Source: Patescibacteria group bacterium
GTDB lineage: Bacteria > Patescibacteriota > Patescibacteriia > PEXW01
Reading direction: 5' to 3'
Assembly: GCA_041671325.1 (NCBI GenBank)
Contig: JBAZBR010000002.1
Location: 73,978-137,977 of the forward strand
DNA: 64,000 nt
Shown: positions 40,654 through 50,220 of the stretch, in pieces
How positions within the stretch are numbered: the first letter of the stretch is position 1
How the letters are laid out: each line of letters opens with the position of its first letter
Program-made: the position numbers and the translations under genes
The notes under the pieces: model-generated
Told to the model about the DNA's origin: nothing
The model's database searches: none
Seen by the model: the letters and a program-made list of their open reading frames with translations, nothing else

Positions 40654-42060
40654 ATGAAAAATCCCAAAGGTTTTCTCCCCATCGCCGCAATTATTATTAT
40701 CATAGTGGTTGCTGCCCTCGCCGCAGGCGGTTCGTATTATTACACCAAGACCCTGAATAAAAACACCAATTCCGTATTAAATACCAACATTGCAGTTGTG
40801 GATGAAAATACTAATGCAGTCGTTAACACAAATACAACAGTTGTAAATGGGAATACAAACGTAACCGTAAATTCAAACGGCAATTTGAATACCAATACTG
40901 TGGTCTTAAATACCAATACCGCCGTGAATTTAAATACCAATACGAGTACCATCAAATATCCTGGGCAAGAATGGCCAGGGTTGACTGATAACTCGGTTTT
41001 ATATCAAAAATACTCGAGCACAGCATCTGACGAGAAGGTCTATACTGTCCAACCTGGGCAGCAACCCAGCGTATATTTTACAATTCCAACGGGTTATTCA
41101 TTGGTTTCAAATGAGAGCGGCCGGCTTATTTGGTTGGAGAAAGATAATTATTTATATATTTATGATATTCAAAAAGGGAGCACCAGAAAAACTTCTTTGC
41201 CCGCTTTAATCGCTGGTGAGGTGCGTTTTGAATCTGCAAGACCCACTGTTTACTCAACAGATGGCGTAGAGGTGATTATTCAGTACAGTCTCTTTGATAA
41301 GAATTCCGCCGCATATAATAGTGAATTTGCGGGGCCTAATCCAATTTCCACTAAACGTTACCGTTATAATATTACTACCAACACCTATACCCCTGGAGAA
41401 AACATGAGCGGGATATTTTATTCTTTATGGGATCGTAAATTAAATATTGGCTATAACCATTTAGCCGGTGAAGGGGTTGGTTCCAAGGCCCCTATCGAAA
41501 AGACTTTCTTTGATACCGGAAACACGGAAGACTCTGCGGATTATGGGAATAATTCTACTCCTGCTTTTTCACAAGATGGAAAGTGGGTTGCCGTACCTGA
41601 ACCATCTAAGGCGCCACTGAAAATATATATATTTTCTCTCCCAGATATAAAAAATCCGGTTAAAACCCTCACCTTACCTACCGTGAAAGATACGCCGCCA
41701 GTCACAAATACCTTAGGGTATATTTACGACTTCGAATGGACAACGGATGATCAAAATTTAATCCTTTCATTTAACCACTCTATTTTCGTAATCAATGTGC
41801 AAACAGAAAAAGCCACAAAGGTTTTCGATAATACCCAAAATGATTCAAGTTATACTGGATGGAGTTATTATCCAGAGATATCCGGATCAAATAGGTATAT
41901 TTATTTTGTTGATTACAGCAATTCTAATCCAGCAACCCTCAAACCAGAAAATAACATCGATGAATTAAAGGCGTATGACATCACAACCGGGAAAACTACA
42001 ATTCTATTAAAAACAACTGGAGAAACAAATATTCAATTAATAGGATTTGATAATTTCTAG
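40654..42060 (+). CDS. Pilin-like surface protein 1 (N/T-rich stalk + probable beta-propeller)
   Basis: KG|FLPIAAIIIIIVV leader, NTN repeats, PAFSQDGKWVA / FEWTTDDQNL blade-like motifs. Confidence 0.75.
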   Translation: MKNPKGFLPIAAIIIIIVVAALAAGGSYYYTKTLNKNTNSVLNTNIAVVDENTNAVVNTNTTVVNGNTNVTVNSNGNLNTNTVVLNTNTAVNLNTNTSTIKYPGQEWPGLTDNSVLYQKYSSTASDEKVYTVQPGQQPSVYFTIPTGYSLVSNESGRLIWLEKDNYLYIYDIQKGSTRKTSLPALIAGEVRFESARPTVYSTDGVEVIIQYSLFDKNSAAYNSEFAGPNPISTKRYRYNITTNTYTPGENMSGIFYSLWDRKLNIGYNHLAGEGVGSKAPIEKTFFDTGNTEDSADYGNNSTPAFSQDGKWVAVPEPSKAPLKIYIFSLPDIKNPVKTLTLPTVKDTPPVTNTLGYIYDFEWTTDDQNLILSFNHSIFVINVQTEKATKVFDNTQNDSSYTGWSYYPEISGSNRYIYFVDYSNSNPATLKPENNIDELKAYDITTGKTTILLKTTGETNIQLIGFDNF

Positions 42061-42096
42061 TAAAATTTTATTAAGCAAATTTTTAAAATTATAATT

Positions 42097-43287
42097 ATGA
42101 AAAATCCCACAGGTTTTCTCCCCATCGCCGCTATTATAATAATCGTAGTAGTTGCCGCTGTTGTGGCAGGCGGTTCGTATTATTACACCAAATCCTTAAA
42201 TAAAAACACGAATACGGTTGTAAATACAAATGTTGCGATGGTGAATGAAAATACTAATGCGGTTGTTAATACAAACACAACAGTTGTAAATGGGAATACA
42301 AACGTAACCGTAAATTCAAACGGCAATTTGAATACCAATACAGTAATCGTTAACTCAAATACAAATACCGTGGTTAATTCAAATACTAATTCTGATGCAA
42401 CCGCTGGGTGGAAGACGTATACAAATGCAAAACAGGGTTACTCCGTGAAGTATCCAAGTAATTGGGTTACGCAGGTTCAAAACACAAATGGTGGTGAGGT
42501 AGCAAATGGCAATATAACAACCTTTTGGAGTAAGCCAAACTACAAAGATCTTATACCAGAAGGTACTGAGTGGGTACCAACAGATACACTTTATTATTTT
42601 CGTGTCCATTACCAAGACGAAAGTAGTGCAGCAAATGCGGTAGATCCGAACACCAAGAAACTCTCTAGTGAAGCAATAACCGTTGGTGGGATCTCTGGTT
42701 TAAAAGAGGCATATCAGGGTGCGTATGGAAAATGGACGGTTGTTTATGTAACCAAAAATGGCATAAAGTATGGTTTATATTTACCAGACAAAACCGCCGA
42801 ACAACAAGCACATGCATCAACCATCCTTTCCACCTTCACCTTCCTCGACCAAACCGTCGGGTGGAAGACGTATACGAATACAGAATATGGTTTTTCATTT
42901 AAGTACCCTGCTTCTTGGAAAGAGACAGATTACACCGCTTCGGCTGATTCTCCACTGAACAGCGATGGTGTGAAATTTGAGGATTCAGCTGGGAAAGCTG
43001 GTTCGTTTTACTGGATGCAGGGCGGATATGTACCAACCCAAGACGGTCAGTGGGATTCGACGACAACATCATTGACGGTTGGTGGTCGAACAGCTTCACA
43101 AGTCAGAATGACACCTAAAGCCGGTCAACAGTGGGCAGGTGGAGAACCAAAGCCTCGTGCGGTGGTGAGTCTAACTAGTAATCCGACAACTTGGGGGAGT
43201 AATGCAAGTATGGGTTTAGTGCAAGGCTCTGAAAAGTCTTGGGTAACAGTAGATACTATTTTGTCCACCTTCACTTTTACGAAATAA
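42097..43287 (+). CDS. Pilin-like surface protein 2 (N/T stalk + two PsbP-like modules)
   Basis: Same leader; 2x GWKTYTN..G.S.KYP ... ILSTFTF. Confidence 0.78.
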   Translation: MKNPTGFLPIAAIIIIVVVAAVVAGGSYYYTKSLNKNTNTVVNTNVAMVNENTNAVVNTNTTVVNGNTNVTVNSNGNLNTNTVIVNSNTNTVVNSNTNSDATAGWKTYTNAKQGYSVKYPSNWVTQVQNTNGGEVANGNITTFWSKPNYKDLIPEGTEWVPTDTLYYFRVHYQDESSAANAVDPNTKKLSSEAITVGGISGLKEAYQGAYGKWTVVYVTKNGIKYGLYLPDKTAEQQAHASTILSTFTFLDQTVGWKTYTNTEYGFSFKYPASWKETDYTASADSPLNSDGVKFEDSAGKAGSFYWMQGGYVPTQDGQWDSTTTSLTVGGRTASQVRMTPKAGQQWAGGEPKPRAVVSLTSNPTTWGSNASMGLVQGSEKSWVTVDTILSTFTFTK

Positions 43288-43294
43288 ATTTTTA

Positions 43295-43351
43295 ATGAGC
43301 CGTATTTTAGTCAAAGACGCAACAAAAAGAATTAACGAACCAATCTTGTAA
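43295..43351 (+). pseudogene. Orphan duplicate of the aspS 5' end
   Basis: MSRILVKDATKRINEPIL* vs AspRS MKRILVKDTVNKINEPVL (12/18 identical). Confidence 0.8.
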
Positions 43352-43391
43352 ATTGGATGACAAAATTTTAGTTAAATTAATATTAAAGAAT

Positions 43392-44477
43392 ATGAAAAAC
43401 CCCAAAGGTTTTCTCCCCATCGCCGCAATTATTATAATCATAGTGGTTGCTGCCCTCGCCGCAGGCGGTTCTTACTATTACACAAAGACCCTGAATAAAA
43501 ACACTAATACCGTGTTAAATACCAATATTGCGGTGGTGAATGAAAATACTAATGCGGTTGTTAATACAAATACAACAGTTGTAAATGGAAATACAAACGT
43601 AACCATGAATTCAAACGGCAATTTGAATACCAATACTGTGGTCGTCAACTCAAACACTAATGTCGTGGTTAATTCAAATACAAATTCTGATGTAACCGCT
43701 GGGTGGAAGACATATACAAGCACAAAATATGGTTTTTCTCTGAAATATCCTCTAACCATGCGTGTTTTAGAGGTAAACGAAACGAGTGGAATAATCCTTA
43801 GGGTAGGTGTTGAGGGGTCGGCAAATGGGGATAATGTTTTGGTTTATAATAAAAGTTCAAATGCTGGAATTCCTTATAGCACAGTTAAATCAGAAAGTGG
43901 TAAGTCTTTCGTTATTTCTCATGTTGGCGTTGAGGCCGATCAAATTCTTTCCACCTTTGTTTTCCTCGATCAAACCGCTGGGTGGAAGACGTATACAAAT
44001 TCTGAATATGGTTGGACTATGAAATATCCGAATGATTGGACGGTCAATAATTCTTATCAGACAACAGATCCGAATGACATTTTTGAAACCCCGATTCGCA
44101 CAACGACTTTCACAAATCCCAACAAGTATTACAGGTTGCTTGTCGGGATAAAAAAGAAAACCGATTCCGGTAGTATTGTCCCACGGACTGGGATTGGAGC
44201 GGGAGAATTTATAAAAGGCGATACAGTTTTAATTGGTAGCACTTCAATGACTTTATGGAATTTAAATTATAATAATTTGACTTCTGAGATTTTTAATTAC
44301 AATCCAAGTACAAATTCCAATTTTGAAATTAGCAATTTTCAATTTATTGCATATTTCGATTGTGGTACAGCAGCAACCATAGAAACAATAAAGCGTTGCG
44401 ATCAAACAAATTTATCAGTAATACCAGAATATAAAACTTTTAAACTTATTCTTGGTTCATTAGTATTGCCTAATTAA
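43392..44477 (+). CDS. Pilin-like surface protein 3 (N/T stalk + two PsbP-like modules)
   Basis: Same leader starting MKNPKGF; 2x AGWKTYT...YG...KYP. Confidence 0.78.
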   Translation: MKNPKGFLPIAAIIIIIVVAALAAGGSYYYTKTLNKNTNTVLNTNIAVVNENTNAVVNTNTTVVNGNTNVTMNSNGNLNTNTVVVNSNTNVVVNSNTNSDVTAGWKTYTSTKYGFSLKYPLTMRVLEVNETSGIILRVGVEGSANGDNVLVYNKSSNAGIPYSTVKSESGKSFVISHVGVEADQILSTFVFLDQTAGWKTYTNSEYGWTMKYPNDWTVNNSYQTTDPNDIFETPIRTTTFTNPNKYYRLLVGIKKKTDSGSIVPRTGIGAGEFIKGDTVLIGSTSMTLWNLNYNNLTSEIFNYNPSTNSNFEISNFQFIAYFDCGTAATIETIKRCDQTNLSVIPEYKTFKLILGSLVLPN

Positions 44478-44486
44478 AAACGTTAA

Positions 44487-45878
44487 ATGAAACGAATTCT
44501 CGTAAAAGACACCGTCAATAAAATCAATGAACCAGTCTTGTTAAAAGGCTGGGTGCATAATCATCGGCGTTTGGGCAAGATGGTCTTTGTGGATTTGCGG
44601 GATCGTTCTGGGATTATCCAAGTTTTGTTTATGGATAAAATGGTGGAAAAGGCCAATCAGATTCGGCCAGAGTGGGTGGTAGAAATTACAGGAAAGGTGG
44701 TGGAACGTGGTGGCAAGAATAAAAATCAAAGCTCGCCCACCGGGGGAGTGGAAATCCATGCCACGGATTTGAAAGTCTTATCAGAAGCCTTAACCCCGCC
44801 ATTCCCCGTAAATGATGAAACCAAAGCCCAGGAGACTTCTGAAGATCTGCGCATGAAATATCGTTATGTGGATTTACGCCGACCCAGCATGCGGCAAAAT
44901 TTAGTCTTGCGGGCGAAGGTTAACTATTTCATCAGGAATTTTTTGACGAGCGAGGATTTTTTGGAAATCGAAACTCCTTTCTTGACCAAGGGTACGCCTG
45001 AAGGCGCCAGGGAATATATTGTACCAGCCAGGAATTTTCCAGGTAAATTTTATGTCTTGCCACAAAGCCCGCAACAGTTCAAACAATTATTGATGGTATC
45101 TGGCATTGAAAAATACTTCCAATTGGCCAAATGCTTCCGGGATGAAGACCAAAGAGCTGACCGCCAGCCGGAATTCACCCAGTTGGATTTGGAAATAAGT
45201 TTTACGGATCGGGAAGAAGTTTTGGCTTTAATTGAGAAAATGATCATTAATTTAGTCAAAGAAGTTTGTCCAGAAAAACATATTACCCAAACCCCTTTCC
45301 CCAGGATCACCTATAAAGAGGCCATGGAAAAATATAAAAGCGATAAGCCGGATATTCGAAAAGACAAAAACGAAAAAAATGAATTAGGCTTTGCTTTTAT
45401 TATTGATTTTCCCTTGTTCGAATATTCAGAAGCTGAAAAAAAATTAGTCCCTAGCCATCATCTTTTCACTTCACCTCAAGACCCTGAAGCTTTTTTAAAG
45501 GGCGAGGTTAAACCCGAAAATGCAATATCAAAGCAATATGATCTGGCTTTGAATGGTTTTGAAGTGGCTGGGGGCAGTATTCGGATCCATGATTGGAAAT
45601 TACAGGAAAAGATTTTTGAAATCTTGAAAATCGGCAAGGAAGAAGCGGAAAAACGGTTTGGCCACATGCAAAAAGCCTTCAGTTATGGCGTTCCTCCGCA
45701 TGGCGGCATTGCCATGGGTATGGATAGGTTAGTTGCCATTTTGGCCGGGGAAAGCAATATCCGCGAAATCATGGCTTTTCCCAAAACTAATGACGCCAAA
45801 GATCTGATGATGGAAGCGCCTACCGAATTGCCTAAAAAACAACTGGATGAGGCGCATATCCAGATTAAAAAGAAATAA
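44487..45878 (+). CDS. aspS: Aspartate--tRNA ligase (short form lacking GAD insertion)
   Basis: FVDLRDRSG, LPQSPQQFKQLLM, CFRDED.RADRQPEFTQLD, PPHGGIAMGMDR. Confidence 0.96.
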   Translation: MKRILVKDTVNKINEPVLLKGWVHNHRRLGKMVFVDLRDRSGIIQVLFMDKMVEKANQIRPEWVVEITGKVVERGGKNKNQSSPTGGVEIHATDLKVLSEALTPPFPVNDETKAQETSEDLRMKYRYVDLRRPSMRQNLVLRAKVNYFIRNFLTSEDFLEIETPFLTKGTPEGAREYIVPARNFPGKFYVLPQSPQQFKQLLMVSGIEKYFQLAKCFRDEDQRADRQPEFTQLDLEISFTDREEVLALIEKMIINLVKEVCPEKHITQTPFPRITYKEAMEKYKSDKPDIRKDKNEKNELGFAFIIDFPLFEYSEAEKKLVPSHHLFTSPQDPEAFLKGEVKPENAISKQYDLALNGFEVAGGSIRIHDWKLQEKIFEILKIGKEEAEKRFGHMQKAFSYGVPPHGGIAMGMDRLVAILAGESNIREIMAFPKTNDAKDLMMEAPTELPKKQLDEAHIQIKKK

Positions 45879-45879
45879 G

Positions 45880-46170
45880 ATGCTTTCCCCTTTGCAAAAA
45901 TTCATAATTAAAGAATGCCAAGGCGTGAAAGTCACCAAAAGAGTTTTATTTAAGAAGTTTTATACCAAATCCGCCAAAGTTCCCAATGCCGACGACCAGC
46001 AAAATGCTATTACTAAATCCTTGGAGCGGATTATTGATAAGGGTTTGATGATCGGTTATGGCCGAAGGACCCCGAAAAAATGGTATATTGAAGGGGTAAA
46101 ACTCACGCCCAAAGGCAGGAAAATTGTTAAAACCTTGCTTGGCAAACAGCAAAAATTCCCTTTTAAATAA
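45880..46170 (+). CDS. Basic hypothetical protein, winged-helix-like
   Basis: ITKSLERIIDKGL...VKLTPKGR. Confidence 0.65.
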   Translation: MLSPLQKFIIKECQGVKVTKRVLFKKFYTKSAKVPNADDQQNAITKSLERIIDKGLMIGYGRRTPKKWYIEGVKLTPKGRKIVKTLLGKQQKFPFK

Positions 46171-46193
46171 TTAATTATTTTTTATTAAACCCT

Positions 46194-48074
46194 ATGTTAA
46201 AAAAACCGTTTAAAGCAATTGTCGCCCTTTTTTCGGTTTTGGTTTTGGTATTGCCCATGGTGACTAAAGCCGATGGCATGATGGTAGTCCCGCCAAATTA
46301 CTGGATGCGGGAAGACACCCAAAAAGCCGTGGTTTTTTATGATAAAGGTGTTGAGTCTTTGATCCTTTCCATAACCTTCCAGGGCAATGCCAATGACTTT
46401 GGTTGGATTGTACCAACCCCAACCAAGCCAACGGTAACCAAAGGTTCGGATGAAATATTTACCAATTTACAAAAATTAACCAGCACACGTTCAGATTATC
46501 CTGTGTCTGCTTTTGATTTAGGCTTTAGTGGCAGTGAAAAACAAACCAGCGGCGTATCGGTTATTGAAACCAAACAAGTTGATTATTATGATGTGACAAT
46601 TTTAACCGCTACAGATAAAGACGCCTTAACCAAATGGTTTGCGGATAACAAGTATAATTACCCGGAATCTGCCTCTTATATTTTAAACACTTATATCCAG
46701 AATAACTGGTATTTTGTGGCCATGAAGATCAATCCGCAGAGTTTGGAATGGAGCAATGTTACCAGCAGTTTACGGACTGGCCATGCCACGCCCGTGGTCA
46801 TGCAGTTTGCCACTGAAAATATAGTTTATCCTTTAAAAATTTCCACGGTTGTCAGCCAGGCGAATACCAATACTAATGCAAACGCCAACAGCAACACTAA
46901 TACCCCGGTAATTGTTTATGATGCCTCAAATTTCACTTTTGGGCCTGGGAAATTTGGCAAGGCTATAAATATTTCAGGCAGTAAGAATTTATCATATACT
47001 GCTGGAACTGAATTTCCTTATAATAGCGGGACGATTGAAGCCCAAATCAATATCCAGCCCTGGGAAAGCGGAGGTTACCGAAATATTTTGTCAGTCGGGG
47101 ATAGCAAGGGTTCAAATGTTTTTCAATTACGTTTGGCTAAAGCCTATTCTTCTGATACTACAGCAAATCCAGAAGAAACCATTCAGTTTGTTTGGTATAA
47201 AAGTACTGGAAGTAGCTTGATTTGGCGGACTACAGCGTCAACCCCTGTTACGCCAAACACTTGGCATCATGTGGCGGTCACCTGGACAAGCGGCCAAAAA
47301 CCCCAGATTTATTTAGATGGGGTGGCTATGGCAACTAGCGCTGCTTATAATGCAACCACCTGGTTAGGGCAAAGCATCAGCAATGGTTCATTCCAGGTAA
47401 TTGGCAGCCGTTTGGGCAAGTATGAATATTTAAACGGTTATCTAGATGAATACATAGTCCGAAACCAAGCGATAACCGCTACTGAAATTGCAGAAGATGC
47501 CAAGACAGTTATGCCGACTAACCCGACAGTCTCGGCGAAATATGACTCTAACGTGGTCTATTACGCGAATTTTGATGACAATATCAAACTGGAAGATGCC
47601 GCTGGTGTTGAATACAGCCAAAAAGCCGTAGTTATCGTCCAACCAAAGACAATCACCCTTCCTGATTATTATTCAAAATCCCAATACATAACCCTTTATG
47701 TGATTGCTAATGAGCGCAAGGATGCTACGGGTTTTTCCACGACTTATGCCAATTGGTTCAGCAAAAAATCTTTAGAAGATTTAGCTTTTTCTTCAACAGG
47801 TTCGCCCTTACTGGCCGTGAGTGGTAAAAAAATGTTTGTGACAGTCATGAACCGGACAATATCCTCTGGTCAGAACTTGGATGATGTTTTTTTCCGGACG
47901 GCCAGTAGCCAAAGCCTTTTGGGTACTGCTCCAGATTATACGGAAAATGGGACTTTAGCTTTTTGGATATTTTTGGGTGCGGTTTCATTAATTTCAATTG
48001 TTTTAATCTTAATTTTGATTTTGTGGAACCGTCGAACCGTAGCGCCACCAACCAGCCCCCTACCAAAGCTTTAA
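46194..48074 (+). CDS. DUF2330 family exported protein with inserted LamG-like domain
   Basis: DFGWIVPTP, Y...NWYFVAMK, YPLKIS; GKFGKA...WHHVAVTW...IYLDG...GYLDE; C-terminal TM. Confidence 0.78.
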   Translation: MLKKPFKAIVALFSVLVLVLPMVTKADGMMVVPPNYWMREDTQKAVVFYDKGVESLILSITFQGNANDFGWIVPTPTKPTVTKGSDEIFTNLQKLTSTRSDYPVSAFDLGFSGSEKQTSGVSVIETKQVDYYDVTILTATDKDALTKWFADNKYNYPESASYILNTYIQNNWYFVAMKINPQSLEWSNVTSSLRTGHATPVVMQFATENIVYPLKISTVVSQANTNTNANANSNTNTPVIVYDASNFTFGPGKFGKAINISGSKNLSYTAGTEFPYNSGTIEAQINIQPWESGGYRNILSVGDSKGSNVFQLRLAKAYSSDTTANPEETIQFVWYKSTGSSLIWRTTASTPVTPNTWHHVAVTWTSGQKPQIYLDGVAMATSAAYNATTWLGQSISNGSFQVIGSRLGKYEYLNGYLDEYIVRNQAITATEIAEDAKTVMPTNPTVSAKYDSNVVYYANFDDNIKLEDAAGVEYSQKAVVIVQPKTITLPDYYSKSQYITLYVIANERKDATGFSTTYANWFSKKSLEDLAFSSTGSPLLAVSGKKMFVTVMNRTISSGQNLDDVFFRTASSQSLLGTAPDYTENGTLAFWIFLGAVSLISIVLILILILWNRRTVAPPTSPLPKL

Positions 48075-48097
48075 ATTTATTTATTTAATTTAAAAAT

Positions 48098-48625
48098 ATG
48101 GACAATATAAATATTTTGCCCACCACCCCAGCACCAATGCCGCCAAAGAAAAAGTCTGTGCATAGCCCGCTTTCAATTTTGTTCATGATTATCTTGACTG
48201 GTGTTTTGATAATCTTGGTGGAAAAAGTCATGCACGATGTGAATCGTTCATTTAACCCGTATTCCGCTTATTCAGTCAGCAAGACTTCTACGACTTACCG
48301 GGCTTATTCCCAGGACAAATACGAAGCTGGCCGGCTATTGATCCATACGGGCATAACCTTGCCAATCCTTTTGGGCGCTTTATTATTTTACCTTTTGCAT
48401 GAAAGAAAATCCGGCAGTGGCGCACATGTGGTTTCCTGGTCTTTTTTTGCCACAGCCTTTTGGCTTTGCATCCGGCTTTTAGGTGAAATGTTCTATTTCC
48501 TAATCAGAAAATACGAAAGCTTGGGAGTTTACGTGGTTTTAATTGTCTTGGCGGCCGTCTTAATCTGGTTGGTAGTGGCCTTGCAAAAGCGTTATGCCCA
48601 CCAAAGGGAGATGCACTTGAATTAA
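48098..48625 (+). CDS. Membrane protein (4 TM)
   Basis: Hydrophobic segments; operonic spacing. Confidence 0.7.
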   Translation: MDNINILPTTPAPMPPKKKSVHSPLSILFMIILTGVLIILVEKVMHDVNRSFNPYSAYSVSKTSTTYRAYSQDKYEAGRLLIHTGITLPILLGALLFYLLHERKSGSGAHVVSWSFFATAFWLCIRLLGEMFYFLIRKYESLGVYVVLIVLAAVLIWLVVALQKRYAHQREMHLN

Positions 48626-48626
48626 T

Positions 48627-48974
48627 ATGTACACTGTTCAAAGAGTTTATATTTGGAATTGGGCCAAACTTTGCGCCTTGTTTAATATTATTGGCATCTT
48701 AATATACGCCGTGATATTTGTATTTATTGGATTTTTGGGAGGTAATTTTGACTTAGCAGTATTTGGGCACGGTTCTTTAAGCGGATTTGGAGTCATATTA
48801 GCCATGGTTCTGCTTATTGGAATATTGTCGGGTTTGGGTTTTGGCGCTTTAATTGCCGCCATCTACAACGGGCTTTCTAAAGTTTTTGGCCCTATTGAGG
48901 TTGAAATTAGTTTTGAGCCGGAAAACATTCCAGAAGCGGCGCCTGAAGTTAATTCACAAATCCAACAAACTTAA
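48627..48974 (+). CDS. Membrane protein (DUF3566-like hairpin)
   Basis: Two TM segments then AIYNGLSKVFGPIEVEI. Confidence 0.65.
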   Translation: MYTVQRVYIWNWAKLCALFNIIGILIYAVIFVFIGFLGGNFDLAVFGHGSLSGFGVILAMVLLIGILSGLGFGALIAAIYNGLSKVFGPIEVEISFEPENIPEAAPEVNSQIQQT

Positions 48975-48976
48975 AT

Positions 48977-49618
48977 ATGTACTCTCTTGATAGGTTTAAA
49001 GTTTTGTCAGTTGGTAAGGCTTTTGCAATAGTCGGTTTGGTCGGCGGGATTTTTGGAGGGCTATGGGTGTTTTTGACTTTTTCTAATGTGGCCTGCATGC
49101 AAGTTGATGTCCAACCCTACCAGACAAGCGGATTGACTTTGGCCCCAGACTATTGTTCAACACCGGGTTTGGCCACCAGATTGCTGGTCTTGTTTATTGC
49201 TTGGCTGGCCTGCATTGCCTTGGCCTTTGTTATGGGGATTATTTATGCCGCTTTGTATAATTGGTTGTCCGAATATTTTGGGAAAATTAAGGTAAGGTTG
49301 AATTTAAACCAAAAAGGCGCTTACGAAATAACCCATTTCCAGGTTTGGTCAGTGGTTAAGAACCTGGCCATCATTTGGCTGATAGTCGGTTTAATTGTTA
49401 ACGTGCTTGTGATTATTTTTTCTATTAATTTCTTTGGTGCATTCTTAAGTTTCGGAAGCTCAAATGTCTTTTATGAGTCAAGTTTATTTGCTTTTTTAAT
49501 TGGTTGGTTAGGTTCGGCAATCGCATTTGTAGGCTTAACCGCCTTAATTACCTGGCTTTATAATTTACTCAGCCGATTTGTCGGCCATATTACCATTCAT
49601 TTAGGCGTAAAATCTTAA
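48977..49618 (+). CDS. Membrane protein with two DUF3566-like repeats
   Basis: LYNWLSEYFGKIKV and LYNLLSRFVGHITI repeats. Confidence 0.65.
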   Translation: MYSLDRFKVLSVGKAFAIVGLVGGIFGGLWVFLTFSNVACMQVDVQPYQTSGLTLAPDYCSTPGLATRLLVLFIAWLACIALAFVMGIIYAALYNWLSEYFGKIKVRLNLNQKGAYEITHFQVWSVVKNLAIIWLIVGLIVNVLVIIFSINFFGAFLSFGSSNVFYESSLFAFLIGWLGSAIAFVGLTALITWLYNLLSRFVGHITIHLGVKS

Positions 49619-49635
49619 TCTTAATTTAAAAAATT

Positions 49636-50199
49636 ATGTCCATATCCAAAGCCGTTGAAAAGTATTTAAAAAATTCAAAAATAAAATATCAAATCATTCC
49701 GCATAAGACGGTTTTTACGGTTTATGACTTGGCGCAAACCTTGAAAACCAAATTAGACCAGGTAGTCAAAACCCTTTTAGTCAAAGTCGACCAAAAATAC
49801 GTGTTGGTAGTCATGCCCGCGCATTACCGGATGGATTTTGGCAAACTGAAAAAATTATTAAAAGCCAAGAAAGTGGATATTGCTAAAGAAAAAGACATGC
49901 AAACCAAATTTAAGACCAAGCCCGGCGCCATGACTGCCTTTGGCCCTTTGCACAAATTGGAAGTGGTGGCGGATAAGTCTTTGAATAAAACCAAAGAAGC
50001 CCTGTTTTCCGCAGGAAGTTTTACGGATAGTGTCAGGTTAAAAGTTAAGGATTATATTGGCATGGTTGAGCCAACAATAGCGGATATTGGCAAAAAATTC
50101 CCAATTAAGCTCCAGATCGTTAAGAAATCTAAGCCGAAGAAGATCCATCATAAAGGCAAAGGGAAGCCAAAGGCGCGGAAGTCCAAACGCAAAAAGTAG
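49636..50199 (+). CDS. YbaK/ProX aminoacyl-tRNA editing family protein with basic tail
   Basis: VVKTLLVK, LVVMPA, PGAMTAFG, FSAGS. Confidence 0.85.
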   Translation: MSISKAVEKYLKNSKIKYQIIPHKTVFTVYDLAQTLKTKLDQVVKTLLVKVDQKYVLVVMPAHYRMDFGKLKKLLKAKKVDIAKEKDMQTKFKTKPGAMTAFGPLHKLEVVADKSLNKTKEALFSAGSFTDSVRLKVKDYIGMVEPTIADIGKKFPIKLQIVKKSKPKKIHHKGKGKPKARKSKRKK

Positions 50200-50220
50200 C
50201 ATTCCGGTAAAAAAGTAAGC

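Noticed and set aside
40754-43690. AATAC/AAT-rich repeats as a possible CRISPR or DGR template
   Set aside because: They encode Asn/Thr stalks in frame; there is no repeat-spacer periodicity, no cas or reverse transcriptase, and differences are not adenine-specific.
44487-45878. Short AspRS together with AsnRS and GatA
   Set aside because: GAD-less AspRS is common in CPR, and GatCAB is explained by Gln-tRNA formation.
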